Below are positions 1 through 9,629 of a stretch of DNA of 64,000 bases, one piece after another. Source of the stretch: Cyanobacteriota bacterium (GTDB taxonomy: Bacteria > Cyanobacteriota > Cyanobacteriia > Thermostichales > Thermostichaceae). The stretch is from positions 1 through 64,000 of the forward strand of contig JANRIL010000041.1 of assembly GCA_033764955.1 (NCBI GenBank), in the 5' to 3' direction. Numbering within the stretch: the first letter of the stretch is position 1; every line of letters starts with the position of its first letter. A program made the translations under genes and the position numbers. A model generated the notes under the pieces. That model worked only from the letters and a program-made list of their open reading frames with translations, did no database searches and was not told the DNA's origin.

Positions 1-126
1 CAAAACGGTTATGACATTCGCACGGTACAAGAGCTTCTGGGGCATAAAGATGTCAAGACAACCATGATCTACACTCATGTATTGAATAAAGGCGGTCGTG
101 GAGTGAGAAGTCCACTGGATGATTGA
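1..126 (+). CDS. intI: Integron integrase, C-terminal end (5' part outside window)
   Basis: Frame 1 translates [41 protein letters not shown], the IntI C-terminal signature ([31 protein letters not shown]) containing the catalytic His and Tyr. Not in the ORF track because it has no start in the window. Confidence 0.93.
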   Translation, partial: QNGYDIRTVQELLGHKDVKTTMIYTHVLNKGGRGVRSPLDD

Positions 127-544
127 AGCGTTGGGATCCCCTATGGAATTGGAGAAATGCCTCAACATCTGGATGGGGAGAAAAGGCACATCTCAGCCAT
201 TTCCCAGAAGTAACCCTGCTCCTTCGGCCTCTAAAGTCTCAAAAGAGTTGGTTAGACGGCAGGGATGACCTCTACGACTATGGAACGCTATTCCAGGATG
301 CGGCTGGCTGGGATCCCTTGCGGATGAACCATGACTTCTAGGCACGCAAGAGAGGTAGAGGTATTGGATCCGGAGTTAGGTTACTAGCTTGATCATGGAT
401 GACACGCCCTAAGTTGTACCGCTTCGTTTCTGGGTTGTGGCAGTAGTTTGAATCATATCTGTTTTGCCCAAAGTTAAGTTGTTTAAAGGATGCTGGCGGA
501 GCGATTTATCATCTAGTGAGAAATCAAATTTATTGAAAGTTGGT

Positions 545-1120
545 ATGGCGATCACAATCGTCTTGGCATACATTTTGATCGCTTGCTATTTAGTGATGGA
601 GCGATCGCTGAGAAAAGGGAAGCAAGCCCTCAATCTCAAACCAGGGGCGGTTGATGCTGGCAGTTCTCAAGCATTGTGGCTCAGCGGCTTGATTAGTATT
701 TTGCTTGTCATTGCTGCGCCTATCTTAAATGCCCGTCAAATCGGAGAGTGGAACAATGCGACGGTTGGCTGGCTAGGATTGATAGTGATGCTTAGTGGAT
801 TAGCCATGCGATATTGGGCTGCTAAAACACTGGGCGAATTCTATACAAGGACATTACAGGTTATCGAAGGACAGAAGATCGTAGATCAGGCTCCGTACAA
901 CATTATTCGCCATCCTGGGTATCTTGGAACATTATTGATGGAAATCGGTGCGGGATTAGCGGTTACGAATTGGATTGTGTTGTTAGCTACTGTAGTTATC
1001 GGAATTACGTCACGAGCTTATCGAATCGGTGTAGAAGAGAAGATGCTGGAAGCAAGTTTTGGAGGAGAATACAAGATGTATTTAGACAAGACGTGGAAGT
1101 TGGTTCCGTTTCTGTATTAA
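545..1120 (+). CDS. Isoprenylcysteine carboxylmethyltransferase (ICMT/Ste14)-family membrane protein, integron cassette gene
   Basis: Several TM helices, motif PYNIIRHPGY, C-terminal EEKMLEASFGGEYKMY..KTWKLVPFLY. ATG at 545 preferred over TTG at 464. Followed 14 bp later by attC. Confidence 0.88.
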   Translation: MAITIVLAYILIACYLVMERSLRKGKQALNLKPGAVDAGSSQALWLSGLISILLVIAAPILNARQIGEWNNATVGWLGLIVMLSGLAMRYWAAKTLGEFYTRTLQVIEGQKIVDQAPYNIIRHPGYLGTLLMEIGAGLAVTNWIVLLATVVIGITSRAYRIGVEEKMLEASFGGEYKMYLDKTWKLVPFLY

Positions 1121-1134
1121 AGCTATAGTCGGGG

Positions 1135-1221
1135 GGACAACAACCCTGTTGCAGCGGACTAGAAGGGTTGATCGGTGTGGAAGTGAAGGTCATTGGTAGC
1201 CGCTGAACAGCAGCGTTATCC
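1135..1221 (+). mobile_element. attC recombination site (87 bp)
   Basis: R'' GGACAAC (1135-1141) and R' GTTATCC (1215-1221). Inner arms CTGTT[G]CAGCGG[A]CTA and TAGCCGCTGAACAG pair perfectly apart from two unpaired bases, the classic attC extrahelical-base pattern. Confidence 0.88.
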
Positions 1222-1302
1222 ACCTCACAAGATAAAGCTGGCTTTACTAGATAGCCGCCAAAGTGTTAAACCAGTGAGGGTTTGCTATCACTCCTGCTGC
1301 CT

Positions 1303-1608
1303 ATGCCTCCCCGCTGGCCTCGCCAACCCACCCGCCAGGATCCCGACTATCGCAAGTTGGATGACCGCTATACCCTGGCGGCACATATTGCTATTTTTTT
1401 GACCAGCAGCACCGGTTTGGAGTTCTTTCATCGCCTCTGGCGCAGCGATTGGCCTTGGTTGCTCCCCCTGCTGGGGTGGTGGGGATTGGGGCTGGGACTG
1501 CATAGCTTGTGGGTGTTGGTAATCGCCCGCTATCCGGCTAACCCTCTCTACCAGGAACAAGATCCGATATCAGAGCCACCCCCCCAACCAGAATCCTCCA
1601 ACATTTAG
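1303..1608 (+). CDS. Conserved cyanobacterial two-TM small protein (2TM domain)
   Basis: MPPRWPRQPTRQDPDYRKLDDR followed by two hydrophobic segments; ATG at 1303. Confidence 0.75.
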   Translation: MPPRWPRQPTRQDPDYRKLDDRYTLAAHIAIFLTSSTGLEFFHRLWRSDWPWLLPLLGWWGLGLGLHSLWVLVIARYPANPLYQEQDPISEPPPQPESSNI

Positions 1609-1639
1609 ATCCTTGAAGATGGATCCCTCTAGATCAGGG

Positions 1640-3976
1640 CTAGACCACTTCACTCACAGGGAAACGATCCAACAGCATCTGAGCCGAGCGTGCCGTTTTT
1701 TGCAACTGCGGATCCAGATGGGGGACATGGGGAATCTGGGAGAGCAAATCTAAGGTACGGCGAATTAAGCGCACCAAATCTCCGGCATCCAGGCTGGTAC
1801 TGCGTTCCAGCTCCTCCCACTCCACCCCCAACGCCCAATGCTCGACTAATCCCCCCAGGCTTTGTTCTAACCAAACGGGCAAATGAAAAATCTGCCGTTG
1901 TCGCTGACAGCGAAACAGTTGACGACGAATGCCCCGCAATCCATACAAAATGTCCGCTACCGGATCCCCCAGGCGTAGGCGACTGAAGGTGCCAGAACGG
2001 GGAGCCTCGGTGACAAGTGCCGCCACGGCGGCGGCCAACTGAGGCGGATCCAACTGCCCAAAATCTTCTGATCTGAGAGCTAAAGCCAGCCACAGCTCGT
2101 TATCTCCCCGCAGCGCAGCTACAGCTTCCCCCAAAGGGGTTGGCACATAATCCACTAAACAGCCAAACTCCTCTAGGATCTCCACCAAAGCCAAAAATTG
2201 ATGCCAGCGGAGGTGCTGTACGGGGCCAAGCTGTTGCTCACAGCGTTGTAGTTTTTTCACAAGACGTTGTCGCCGCTCTTGCAGTTTCAAGAGTTTGGAT
2301 CCGGCGCGATGGGCAGGATTGGCGCGAATTTCCGCTTCTAGAACAGCAATTTTTGCCTCTTCTGCTTGAATATGTTGTTGGGCTAAGGCTTGCAGAGTGG
2401 GATCCGCCTCACCCACCACCTGTTGTTGCAAATACTTCAAACTACGCCGTTCTTCCCGCCGCCGAGCCTGTAATTTTTCATAACGAGCCACATCCTGGCT
2501 GGTGATGCCCTGCAACTGCTGATCAATGGCTTGAATTTCCTGCTGAAGCGCCAGGTGTTCCTGCTGTTCGGGCAGCTTTTGTAGGGAGAGAAGATATTGA
2601 CCAAAGCTGCGGTTGATTAACTCTTGGGCGTCGGAAAGAGAGTGTCGTTGCAGCAGGTTGACCACCATGCCATAGCTGGGGGTAAATTGACTAACCAAGG
2701 GATCCGGAGCGGCTGTAGCCAGATGAGCGGCTTCTCTGGCTCCTTCAAAGGGGGACTGCACCGTCACCACATAGCCAAGGGTATCTTTGCCCCGCCGTCC
2801 GGCTCGTCCCGACATCTGCATAAACTCAGAGGCCGTCAAGAGGCGATGTCCGGTATCGGTGCGCTTGGAAAGGGAAGAAATCACCGTGGTGCGGGCGGGC
2901 ATGTTGATCCCTGCGGCCAGGGTTTCGGTGGCAAAAACCACTTTGACCAACCCCTGCTGAAATAGGTTTTCCACTAGCATTTTCCAGGCCGGCAGGATGC
3001 CCGCATGGTGGGCGGCAATGCCCCGATAGAGGGCGGATAACTGATCGTGGCGAATCGCTTCCGGGGTCTCTTGGCAAAACTGATCAATTTGGGCGTGCAG
3101 ACTGTGCCGTTCCGTGGGGGAGAGCATCATATCTTGGGATCCCATCTGTTCGACCGCCTGATCACACCCTTTGCGGCTAAAAATGAAGTAGATGGCGGGC
3201 AGCATATCCCGCTGCTGTAGGAGGTTGACCACATGGGTTAAGTCGGGAACCGCCGGACGATGCTCCTTTTGAGTCATGACCGCCCGTTTGCTTTTCAGGC
3301 GCGGATTGCCGATCCACTGACCGGATTGGCTGGGCAACAATAGGGGGAACATACCTTTGGTGTTGACAAAGGTAAATTGCAAAGGAACGGGGCGATGATC
3401 CGAATCAATCAGATCAGTGGGACCATGCACAGCGCTCATCCAATCAGCTAACTGATCGCCATTGGCAATCGTGGCGGAAAGCGCCACCAACTGGATGCTA
3501 GGAGGACAATAAATGATCGATTCCTCCCAGACCGTGCCCCGTTGCTGGTCATTCATGTAGTGACACTCATCCAGAATCACCGTTTGTACCGCCTCTAGCG
3601 AGGTGCCCACCTGACCGATGGGAGTGCCATAAAGCATGTTGCGGAAAATCTCGGTGGTCATCACCACAATCGGAGCGTCGCGGTTGATGGATATATCTCC
3701 GGTCAACAGCCCCACCTGGTCGGGGCCAAACTGGTCGCCAAAATCCCGAAACTTTTGGTTAGAAAGCGCCTTCAGGGGAGTTGTATAAAAAACCCGTCGA
3801 TGTTGGCTAAGGGCGCGGTAAATGGCGTATTCCCCGATTAGGGTTTTGCCGGATCCGGTGGGGGCAGAAACCACCACAGACCGTTCAGTCGCCAACGACT
3901 GAATCGCCTCAATCTGAAAGGGATCCAGATCAAAGGGAAAAATCTGATCCAACTCGCTCAGTAAATCGACGCTCAC
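1640..3976 (-). CDS. Ski2/HelY-like DEAD/DEAH-box RNA helicase
   Basis: APTGSGKT, TTPLKALSNQK, DECH, ALSAT, ATETLAAGINMPAR, QMSGRAGRRG, DSHCT-like C-terminus. Confidence 0.93.
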   Translation of the reverse strand: MSVDLLSELDQIFPFDLDPFQIEAIQSLATERSVVVSAPTGSGKTLIGEYAIYRALSQHRRVFYTTPLKALSNQKFRDFGDQFGPDQVGLLTGDISINRDAPIVVMTTEIFRNMLYGTPIGQVGTSLEAVQTVILDECHYMNDQQRGTVWEESIIYCPPSIQLVALSATIANGDQLADWMSAVHGPTDLIDSDHRPVPLQFTFVNTKGMFPLLLPSQSGQWIGNPRLKSKRAVMTQKEHRPAVPDLTHVVNLLQQRDMLPAIYFIFSRKGCDQAVEQMGSQDMMLSPTERHSLHAQIDQFCQETPEAIRHDQLSALYRGIAAHHAGILPAWKMLVENLFQQGLVKVVFATETLAAGINMPARTTVISSLSKRTDTGHRLLTASEFMQMSGRAGRRGKDTLGYVVTVQSPFEGAREAAHLATAAPDPLVSQFTPSYGMVVNLLQRHSLSDAQELINRSFGQYLLSLQKLPEQQEHLALQQEIQAIDQQLQGITSQDVARYEKLQARRREERRSLKYLQQQVVGEADPTLQALAQQHIQAEEAKIAVLEAEIRANPAHRAGSKLLKLQERRQRLVKKLQRCEQQLGPVQHLRWHQFLALVEILEEFGCLVDYVPTPLGEAVAALRGDNELWLALALRSEDFGQLDPPQLAAAVAALVTEAPRSGTFSRLRLGDPVADILYGLRGIRRQLFRCQRQRQIFHLPVWLEQSLGGLVEHWALGVEWEELERSTSLDAGDLVRLIRRTLDLLSQIPHVPHLDPQLQKTARSAQMLLDRFPVSEVV

Positions 3977-4116
3977 AACACAATGGGGGGGGCAAAGGAA
4001 GAAAACATGGGAAACTCACCATCAAGGAAGACAGGCGGAAAAATGCCTGGATCCTTTAAGAATAGCTAAAGTTTAATCCCAGCAGCTTAACCCCAACCGA
4101 TACCTTCCCCTCCCCC

Positions 4117-5670
4117 TCATTCCCGATCCGCCAACTGAGCATGACGGGCTTGTGCCTCAGCCAGCGCTTCGGCTACTACCTTAAATCCCGTTCCTCCCAA
4201 GCTGGTACGGGCAGCCACCACCTGCCGAGGCGCAATCGCGGCAAAAATATCCTCCCCAAAAATCGGATCCATCGCCTGCCACTGGCTGAGGGAGAGGTCT
4301 TGTAATACCTGCCCTGCCGCCAAACAGGTTTTGACAATTTTCCCCACCAGATCATGGGCTGAGCGAAAGGGCATCCCTTGCTTGACCAGATAGTCCGCCA
4401 CATCAGTAGCGTTGGAAAAATCCTGGGTGACTGCCGTTGCCAACCGCTCCGTTTGAAAGTGAATGCCCTCCTTGAGGAGCACCGTCATAGACTCCAGACA
4501 GATTCCCACCGTGTCTACGGCATCAAATAGCCCTTCTTTGTCTTCCTGCAAGTCTTTGTTATAGGCCAGGGGCAGCCCCTTCATCGTCACCAATAGGGCT
4601 TGCAAATGTCCAAAAACTCGTCCGGTTTTTCCCCTGACCAGTTCCGGCACATCAGGATTTTTCTTTTGGGGCATCAGGCTGGATCCAGTAGCGCAGGCAT
4701 CCGTCAGAACCACAAAGGCAAATTCTTGCGACGCCCAGAGAATCACCTCTTCCGAAAGACGGCTCAGGTGCATGAGAATCAAACTGGCCGCTGCATGAAA
4801 CTCCACGGCATAATCACGGTCACTCACCGCATCCAGGCTATTGGCGGTAATACCATCAAACCCCAAAAGCTGGGCAGTCAACCGCCGATCAATAGGTAGA
4901 GGAGTACCCGCTAAAGCTCCGGATCCCAGGGGGCAGATGTTGGTATGGCGATAAACATCCCCTAGGCGATCCCAGTCCCGCTGCAACATCTCGACATAAG
5001 CCAAAAGGTGGTGGGCTAAGCTGATGGGCTGTGCCCGTTGCAGATGGGTATACCCCGGCATGATCGTCTCTACATGCTGGGCAGCCAGTGCTAACAATAC
5101 GGACTGCAACTGCCAAATTTTGTGGCGGATCTGGCGGATTTGATCCCGCAAATAGAGGCGGAGATCGGTGGCTACCTGATCATTACGAGAACGTCCGGTA
5201 TGCAGCTTTTTCCCCACCTCCCCCACCAAATCAATCAGCCGTCGCTCCACCGCATAGTGGACATCCTCCGATTGGGGATCCGGAAGAAATTGTCCAGCAG
5301 CAGCCTCTTGGCGAATTTGTTCGAGACCCTGTTTGAGCTGCTCAGCCTCGCCGGGGGCAATGATGCCGCAGGATCCGAGCATGTGGGCATGGGCGATGGA
5401 TCCGTTAATGTCGTAGTCGAGCAGGCGAATGTCAAAGTGAATGCTGGCATTGAAGCGGGCAATAGTTGGATGCAAACTGCCCTCAAAGCGTTGGCTCCAG
5501 GGCTGTGGCACAGGGGAAGAAGTGGCGGAGGGGGATCCCACGACTGTCTCAAACACGAGTGATCGGCTTGATGGTATCACGCTCCTCCCTACGGCTTGAG
5601 TTTCTCCCGAACCGATTTTGGAAAAATGCCTTTCGGGATCCCTATCTTTGAGAAAAGGGTTAGCCCTCAA
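4117..5670 (-). CDS. argH: Argininosuccinate lyase (true start probably downstream of the TTG given)
   Basis: [51 protein letters not shown]. Confidence 0.96.
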   Translation of the reverse strand: MRANPFLKDRDPERHFSKIGSGETQAVGRSVIPSSRSLVFETVVGSPSATSSPVPQPWSQRFEGSLHPTIARFNASIHFDIRLLDYDINGSIAHAHMLGSCGIIAPGEAEQLKQGLEQIRQEAAAGQFLPDPQSEDVHYAVERRLIDLVGEVGKKLHTGRSRNDQVATDLRLYLRDQIRQIRHKIWQLQSVLLALAAQHVETIMPGYTHLQRAQPISLAHHLLAYVEMLQRDWDRLGDVYRHTNICPLGSGALAGTPLPIDRRLTAQLLGFDGITANSLDAVSDRDYAVEFHAAASLILMHLSRLSEEVILWASQEFAFVVLTDACATGSSLMPQKKNPDVPELVRGKTGRVFGHLQALLVTMKGLPLAYNKDLQEDKEGLFDAVDTVGICLESMTVLLKEGIHFQTERLATAVTQDFSNATDVADYLVKQGMPFRSAHDLVGKIVKTCLAAGQVLQDLSLSQWQAMDPIFGEDIFAAIAPRQVVAARTSLGGTGFKVVAEALAEAQARHAQLADRE

Positions 5671-5916
5671 TCCTTCTGCGGAATGCCCCTGAAGAGCTGT
5701 TCATTTTGGGTAGTCAAATAATTCTTTGAGTCAGCTTTGCACCATCAGGCGTTTGATTTTCTTAAGCTCTCTCAGTATTGGAATCCCTCATGCGTCTTTT
5801 AGCTTTGCTCTAGCCAAGTCCTTCTAACCAAGCTGTGACAGGCTTTGCGATTCTCAAATTAAATTGGAATGACTATGAATGACTATATTTAATATTGATC
5901 TCATGTCTGACCTTCC

Positions 5917-7113
<1,197 letters not shown>

Positions 7114-7401
7114 CTACGCCCAGTCGTCCCGTTTGCTAAAGCTGCCTTGATAAATGGTTTTGTGCTGATGGATGCGGCGGGTTTGGGCAAATAGCTCCTC
7201 CTCACTCATCTGGAAGCGTTGCAGTAGTTGATCCAGATCCTGCTGGATATCCCGCGCTCCCGGAAAACCCATATAGCGAATCCGCAGACGAGCCACCTCC
7301 ACCAAGACCAGATCCGGCAGCGGATCCGCTTGAGCATCCGCCATCAATCGATTCAGTAACTCGCGGTCTTTGTGGTATTGAGGATGTTGTTGATCCGCCA
7401 T
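7114..7401 (-). CDS. DUF3288-like conserved cyanobacterial protein
   Basis: MADQQHPQY..DR...ARLRIRYMGFPGARDIQQDL...EEELFAQTRRIH; ATG at 7401. Confidence 0.8.
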   Translation of the reverse strand: MADQQHPQYHKDRELLNRLMADAQADPLPDLVLVEVARLRIRYMGFPGARDIQQDLDQLLQRFQMSEEELFAQTRRIHQHKTIYQGSFSKRDDWA

Positions 7402-7451
7402 GCTGCCGAATTCCCCCAGATATTTCTGAAGATTTTGGTTTCCCAGCTCGC

Positions 7452-8579
7452 TTATCCGCCCGCCAGGTTGAGAAGGCTCGCCAATTGGGCAATCACAGAC
7501 TGAGGGGAAAGCCCCGCCATGCAGGGGTGCCCTTCCACCAAGCAACCCTCATTTTTGAATTTATGCTCGACACAGACCCGACATTTATGCGTAGAAGTGG
7601 GGATATAAACATGCTCCATGCGGGGTGCCCAGAGATGGATGGGGCTGGCTCCATCGCCGTCAGCATCATTGCCAAAAATTCCGATGGTGGGACAGCCTAC
7701 CGCCGCCGCAATGTGAAGAGGCCCAGCATCCACTGAAACACAGGCTTTGGCTCGTTTCAAAATGCCCGCCAACTGAATCAGGCTGGTTTTGCCCCGCAGA
7801 TCAACCATCTGGCTTTGAGCTAACAACTCTTCTTCGCTCGATCCGGCATGATAGAGAGACTGTTGGAGGGTGGGGGCACTGCCAATCAACCCTACCGTCA
7901 AACCCTGCTGCTCACACCAAGCAACCACCACTTGCCAATAATCGGGTCGCCACATCTTAGCAGGGCGGGTAGTGGTGATATGAACCAAAATATCGGGCAC
8001 TTGACAATCAGGCTCTTGACTGGGCAGCTCTAACCGAAAAAAATCTGTTTCCACATAGGCCAGCCGACAAAAAATTTCTCCAATATAGTTACTGGTTAAT
8101 AATCCCTGATAACGCCGCAAAAATTCAGGACTATTCCAATCATCATCCTTGAGCATTTTCTGAGTTAAGTCATCCCCAGAATGCAGCTTTCCGCGAAAAT
8201 CTAAGGTCAATCCCGCCCCAGCAATATAAAGAGGGCGAATGGCCGTCACAGCCACCAGATTGAGTTCACTAAATTCATCGCAATTGATGGCGAGATCGTA
8301 GACTCCTGCCTGTTCAACTCTTTGTTTGAAGCTATTGCTGAGAGCCTCTAAAAAGTCGGATCGTTTGGAATAAAGGGGGAAGCACCAGTCAATATAAGGA
8401 GAATGAACCTCGAAATCATGGGTGATCTCGCTACCAAAAAAATCAAGCACACAGCCGGGATATTTCTCTTTGATCCCCCTCAAAAGGGGAATAGTTACGA
8501 CAAAATTGCCAACTTTAGTGGAAGAAAATACGGCAATATGTGGCTGAGGTCGCAGAGGCTGATTGGCAAAACGTTGCAT
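7452..8579 (-). CDS. Glycosyltransferase family 9 (ADP-heptose:LPS heptosyltransferase-like)
   Basis: KVGNFVVTIPLLRGIK, AKMW, DLRGKTSL.QLAG, DAGPLHIAAAVGCPTIGIFG, C-terminal Cys cluster. Confidence 0.9.
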   Translation of the reverse strand: MQRFANQPLRPQPHIAVFSSTKVGNFVVTIPLLRGIKEKYPGCVLDFFGSEITHDFEVHSPYIDWCFPLYSKRSDFLEALSNSFKQRVEQAGVYDLAINCDEFSELNLVAVTAIRPLYIAGAGLTLDFRGKLHSGDDLTQKMLKDDDWNSPEFLRRYQGLLTSNYIGEIFCRLAYVETDFFRLELPSQEPDCQVPDILVHITTTRPAKMWRPDYWQVVVAWCEQQGLTVGLIGSAPTLQQSLYHAGSSEEELLAQSQMVDLRGKTSLIQLAGILKRAKACVSVDAGPLHIAAAVGCPTIGIFGNDADGDGASPIHLWAPRMEHVYIPTSTHKCRVCVEHKFKNEGCLVEGHPCMAGLSPQSVIAQLASLLNLAGG

Positions 8580-8594
8580 GGCTGATTGTCGAGA

Positions 8595-9485
8595 TTAAGG
8601 CAGTTTAGCGCTGGCGGGATCCCAAATGACAACGACGGCAAAATTATCCAGAAACTTGTCTGATTGGTTTTGCAGGCTAAGCATCCAGGCGTCTTCATTG
8701 GAGATCACCAGATCATACCCTAAGGTCTTTTGGGCACGGATCAGGTGGGGACGGGATCCGATGCGCTGGGTGAGGCTTTTGGCTTGGGCTTCTGAGGTGG
8801 CGTAGGCTGCTGTTCCTTCACTGGCTACATAGTAGGTGTTGAGTTCTTGGTTAGCCGTGGGGGTGGTGTAGATTTGGTTGCCGGAGGGGTCAAATAGGCG
8901 CATCGAGACACTGGGTTGAAAGTCTAGCCCACGGGCATCCACGATCAGTCCGGTGATCGTAGGGCCATTTTTTTGGGTGGCGGCATTGAGGGGATCCGCC
9001 GATGCAGGGGGAAATCCCAAGCCTGTGCCTGTACCCAATCCTGGGGCGATGCCTGCGTCGCCACTCTGTCCGGTGCCAGGGCCAATCAGAGAGCCATTGC
9101 CCGTTCCTTCTCCAGAACCGGAGTCGGTCACGCCGATTTGTTGTTGCAGGTCTAACTGAAAAATCGGGGATCCGCTTTCCTCGTCGTCAGGAATGGGGGC
9201 GGGTTCACCCTCTAATACTTGAGGATCGTAGAGGGGCAATTCATCCACAATGGAGTCAGTCGAGTCAGAGGGAGCCTGGTGCTGAGGGGCTTCTTGGGCT
9301 GAAAGGGGCGGATCCCAGGTCGGGGTTGGGCTGGGCTGAAATAACCAGGTGGATTGAGCCGTAGCGGAGGGAGCTAGGGATCCCAGTCCAACACACAGAT
9401 AGGCCAGTAACCTGACAGGCGGCAAGAAGGGACGCCACCATCTTGGTAACAAGGGAGACAGCATAGCGATTTCACTCCTCTCCAA
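8595..9485 (-). CDS. Secreted hypothetical protein with a low-complexity Gly/Pro/acidic region and a conserved C-terminal domain
   Basis: Signal-peptide-like N-terminus (ATAQS); C-terminal TGLIVDARGLDFQP.VSMRLFD..G.QIY resembles the C-terminal domain of LPP20-associated envelope proteins (from memory). Confidence 0.6.
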   Translation of the reverse strand: MERSEIAMLSPLLPRWWRPFLPPVRLLAYLCVGLGSLAPSATAQSTWLFQPSPTPTWDPPLSAQEAPQHQAPSDSTDSIVDELPLYDPQVLEGEPAPIPDDEESGSPIFQLDLQQQIGVTDSGSGEGTGNGSLIGPGTGQSGDAGIAPGLGTGTGLGFPPASADPLNAATQKNGPTITGLIVDARGLDFQPSVSMRLFDPSGNQIYTTPTANQELNTYYVASEGTAAYATSEAQAKSLTQRIGSRPHLIRAQKTLGYDLVISNEDAWMLSLQNQSDKFLDNFAVVVIWDPASAKLP

Positions 9486-9629
9486 ACCCTAGTTAGGGTA
9501 ACCAGGCGTGACCGGATCCTCACCCAGCCGGACGCCTCTCGATCCTATCCAGTTCATTCTCACCAGACATGGGTATGACCGCAATTTCTCTGAGACTCAT
9601 TTCCCTCAAGCTTAGAATAGCTATCCCCC

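Noticed and set aside
123..341. 72-aa ORF after intI
   Set aside because: TTG start, no recognisable motif, and it lies in the probable attI region.
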